Shown here: positions 63,531-64,000 of the stretch, piece by piece
Layout: the number at the start of each line of letters is the position of its first letter
How positions within the stretch are numbered: the first letter of the stretch is position 1
Source: Cellulomonadaceae bacterium
GTDB taxonomy: Bacteria > Actinomycetota > Actinomycetes > Actinomycetales > Cellulomonadaceae
Assembly: GCA_031551755.1 (NCBI GenBank)
Contig: JAVBNE010000006.1
Coordinates: forward strand, 56,737-120,736
Direction of reading: 5' to 3'
Length of the DNA: 64,000 nt
Position numbers and translations under genes: made by a program
The notes under the pieces: model-generated
The model's input: the letters and a program-made list of their open reading frames with translations, nothing else
Told to the model about the DNA's origin: nothing
Database searches by the model: none

Positions 63531-64000
63531 TTACGCCTCTACGACCACCGGGACGATCATCGGACGCCGCCGCAAGCGGTTGGACACCCACCGGCCCACC
63601 ACCCGGCGCATGACCTGCTGGAGTTGGTGGGTGTCGGTCGCCCCGGCCGCTACGGCTTCCTCCAAGGCCGCCACCACATCAGGTCGCACACCCTCGAATA
63701 CCGAATCGTCCTCAGCAAACCCGCGAGCCAGGATCTGCGGCCCTGCCAGAACCTTGCCGGTGGCGGAGTCGACGACGGCGAAGACCGAGATGAAGCCCTC
63801 TTCGCCCAGGATGCGCCGATCCTTCAGCTCGACATCGGTGATCTCCCCGACGCTCGACCCATCGACGTAGACATAGCCGCAAGGCACCGCGCCGACCACT
63901 GAGGCTCGACCATCGACCAAGTCCACGACCACGCCGTCCTCCGCGAGCACCACCCGGTCGGCCGGAACCCCCGTTCGCACTGCCAGCGCCCCGTTCGCAA
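63531..64000 (-). CDS. rnj: ribonuclease J, C-terminal part (5' end beyond the window)
   Basis: YVYVDGSSVGEITDVELKDRRILGEEGFISVFAVVD...LRRRPMIVPVVVEA matches the RNase J C-terminal region. The reading frame stays open to the window edge. Confidence 0.8.
   Translation of the reverse strand, partial: ANGALAVRTGVPADRVVLAEDGVVVDLVDGRASVVGAVPCGYVYVDGSSVGEITDVELKDRRILGEEGFISVFAVVDSATGKVLAGPQILARGFAEDDSVFEGVRPDVVAALEEAVAAGATDTHQLQQVMRRVVGRWVSNRLRRRPMIVPVVVEA

Noticed and set aside
1-64000. Search by eye for tRNA, rRNA, CRISPR arrays, transposase, integrase or phage genes, toxin-antitoxin pairs and known defence-system genes
   Set aside because: None was recognised. All intergenic regions are short (under 620 nt) and lack cloverleaf-like or spaced-repeat structure. 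I cannot exclude small RNAs without covariance-model searches.

Overview
This is a very GC-rich actinobacterial chromosomal segment. A hand count of a sampled coding stretch gives about 68% G+C. It is gene-dense and mostly core genome, and gene order resembles the mycobacterial and streptomycete dcw and lexA-recA-ftsK neighbourhoods. In order, the window holds: ftsW (partial)-murD-mraY-murF-murE-ftsI-ftsL-like-rsmH-mraZ on the minus strand; MoxR ATPase-DUF58-transglutaminase on the plus strand; DUF3040, dinB and a small HEPN-like gene behind a perfect LexA box; a spermidine-synthase-like gene; cspA; PAC2; a HelD-like helicase; serA; a PPOX-like gene; DUF5302; nrdR; a ChiZ-like LysM gene divergent from lexA; ldh; a DinG-like helicase; hflX; a methyltransferase; dapF; miaA; a five-gene module (YbjN / HtpG-like GHKL ATPase / helical-repeat protein / YbjN / YbjN); miaB; recX-recA; a 1063-aa LAHTG-anchored surface protein; an MBL hydrolase, a membrane AlkP-family enzyme and DUF3046; lhr-nei, with nei apparently frameshifted; clgR; cinA; pgsA; ftsK; a second MBL hydrolase; AIM24; and rnj (partial). 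I recognised no rRNA, tRNA, CRISPR array, transposase, integrase or canonical defence island. The sequence shows two DNA-damage regulatory codes directly. LexA boxes (TCGAAC-N4-GTTCGA type) lie at the dinB operon, at lexA/LysM and at recA. RecA-NDp/PafBC-type promoters (TGTCGG-N10-TAnnnT) lie at recA, at lhr (apparently leaderless) and, unexpectedly, in front of the YbjN/HtpG-like module. That module is my best candidate for an undescribed system, but its function is inferred only. Many adjacent genes share 4-nt ATGA/GTGA start-stop overlaps. The many long antisense ORFs in the track are GC-driven artefacts.
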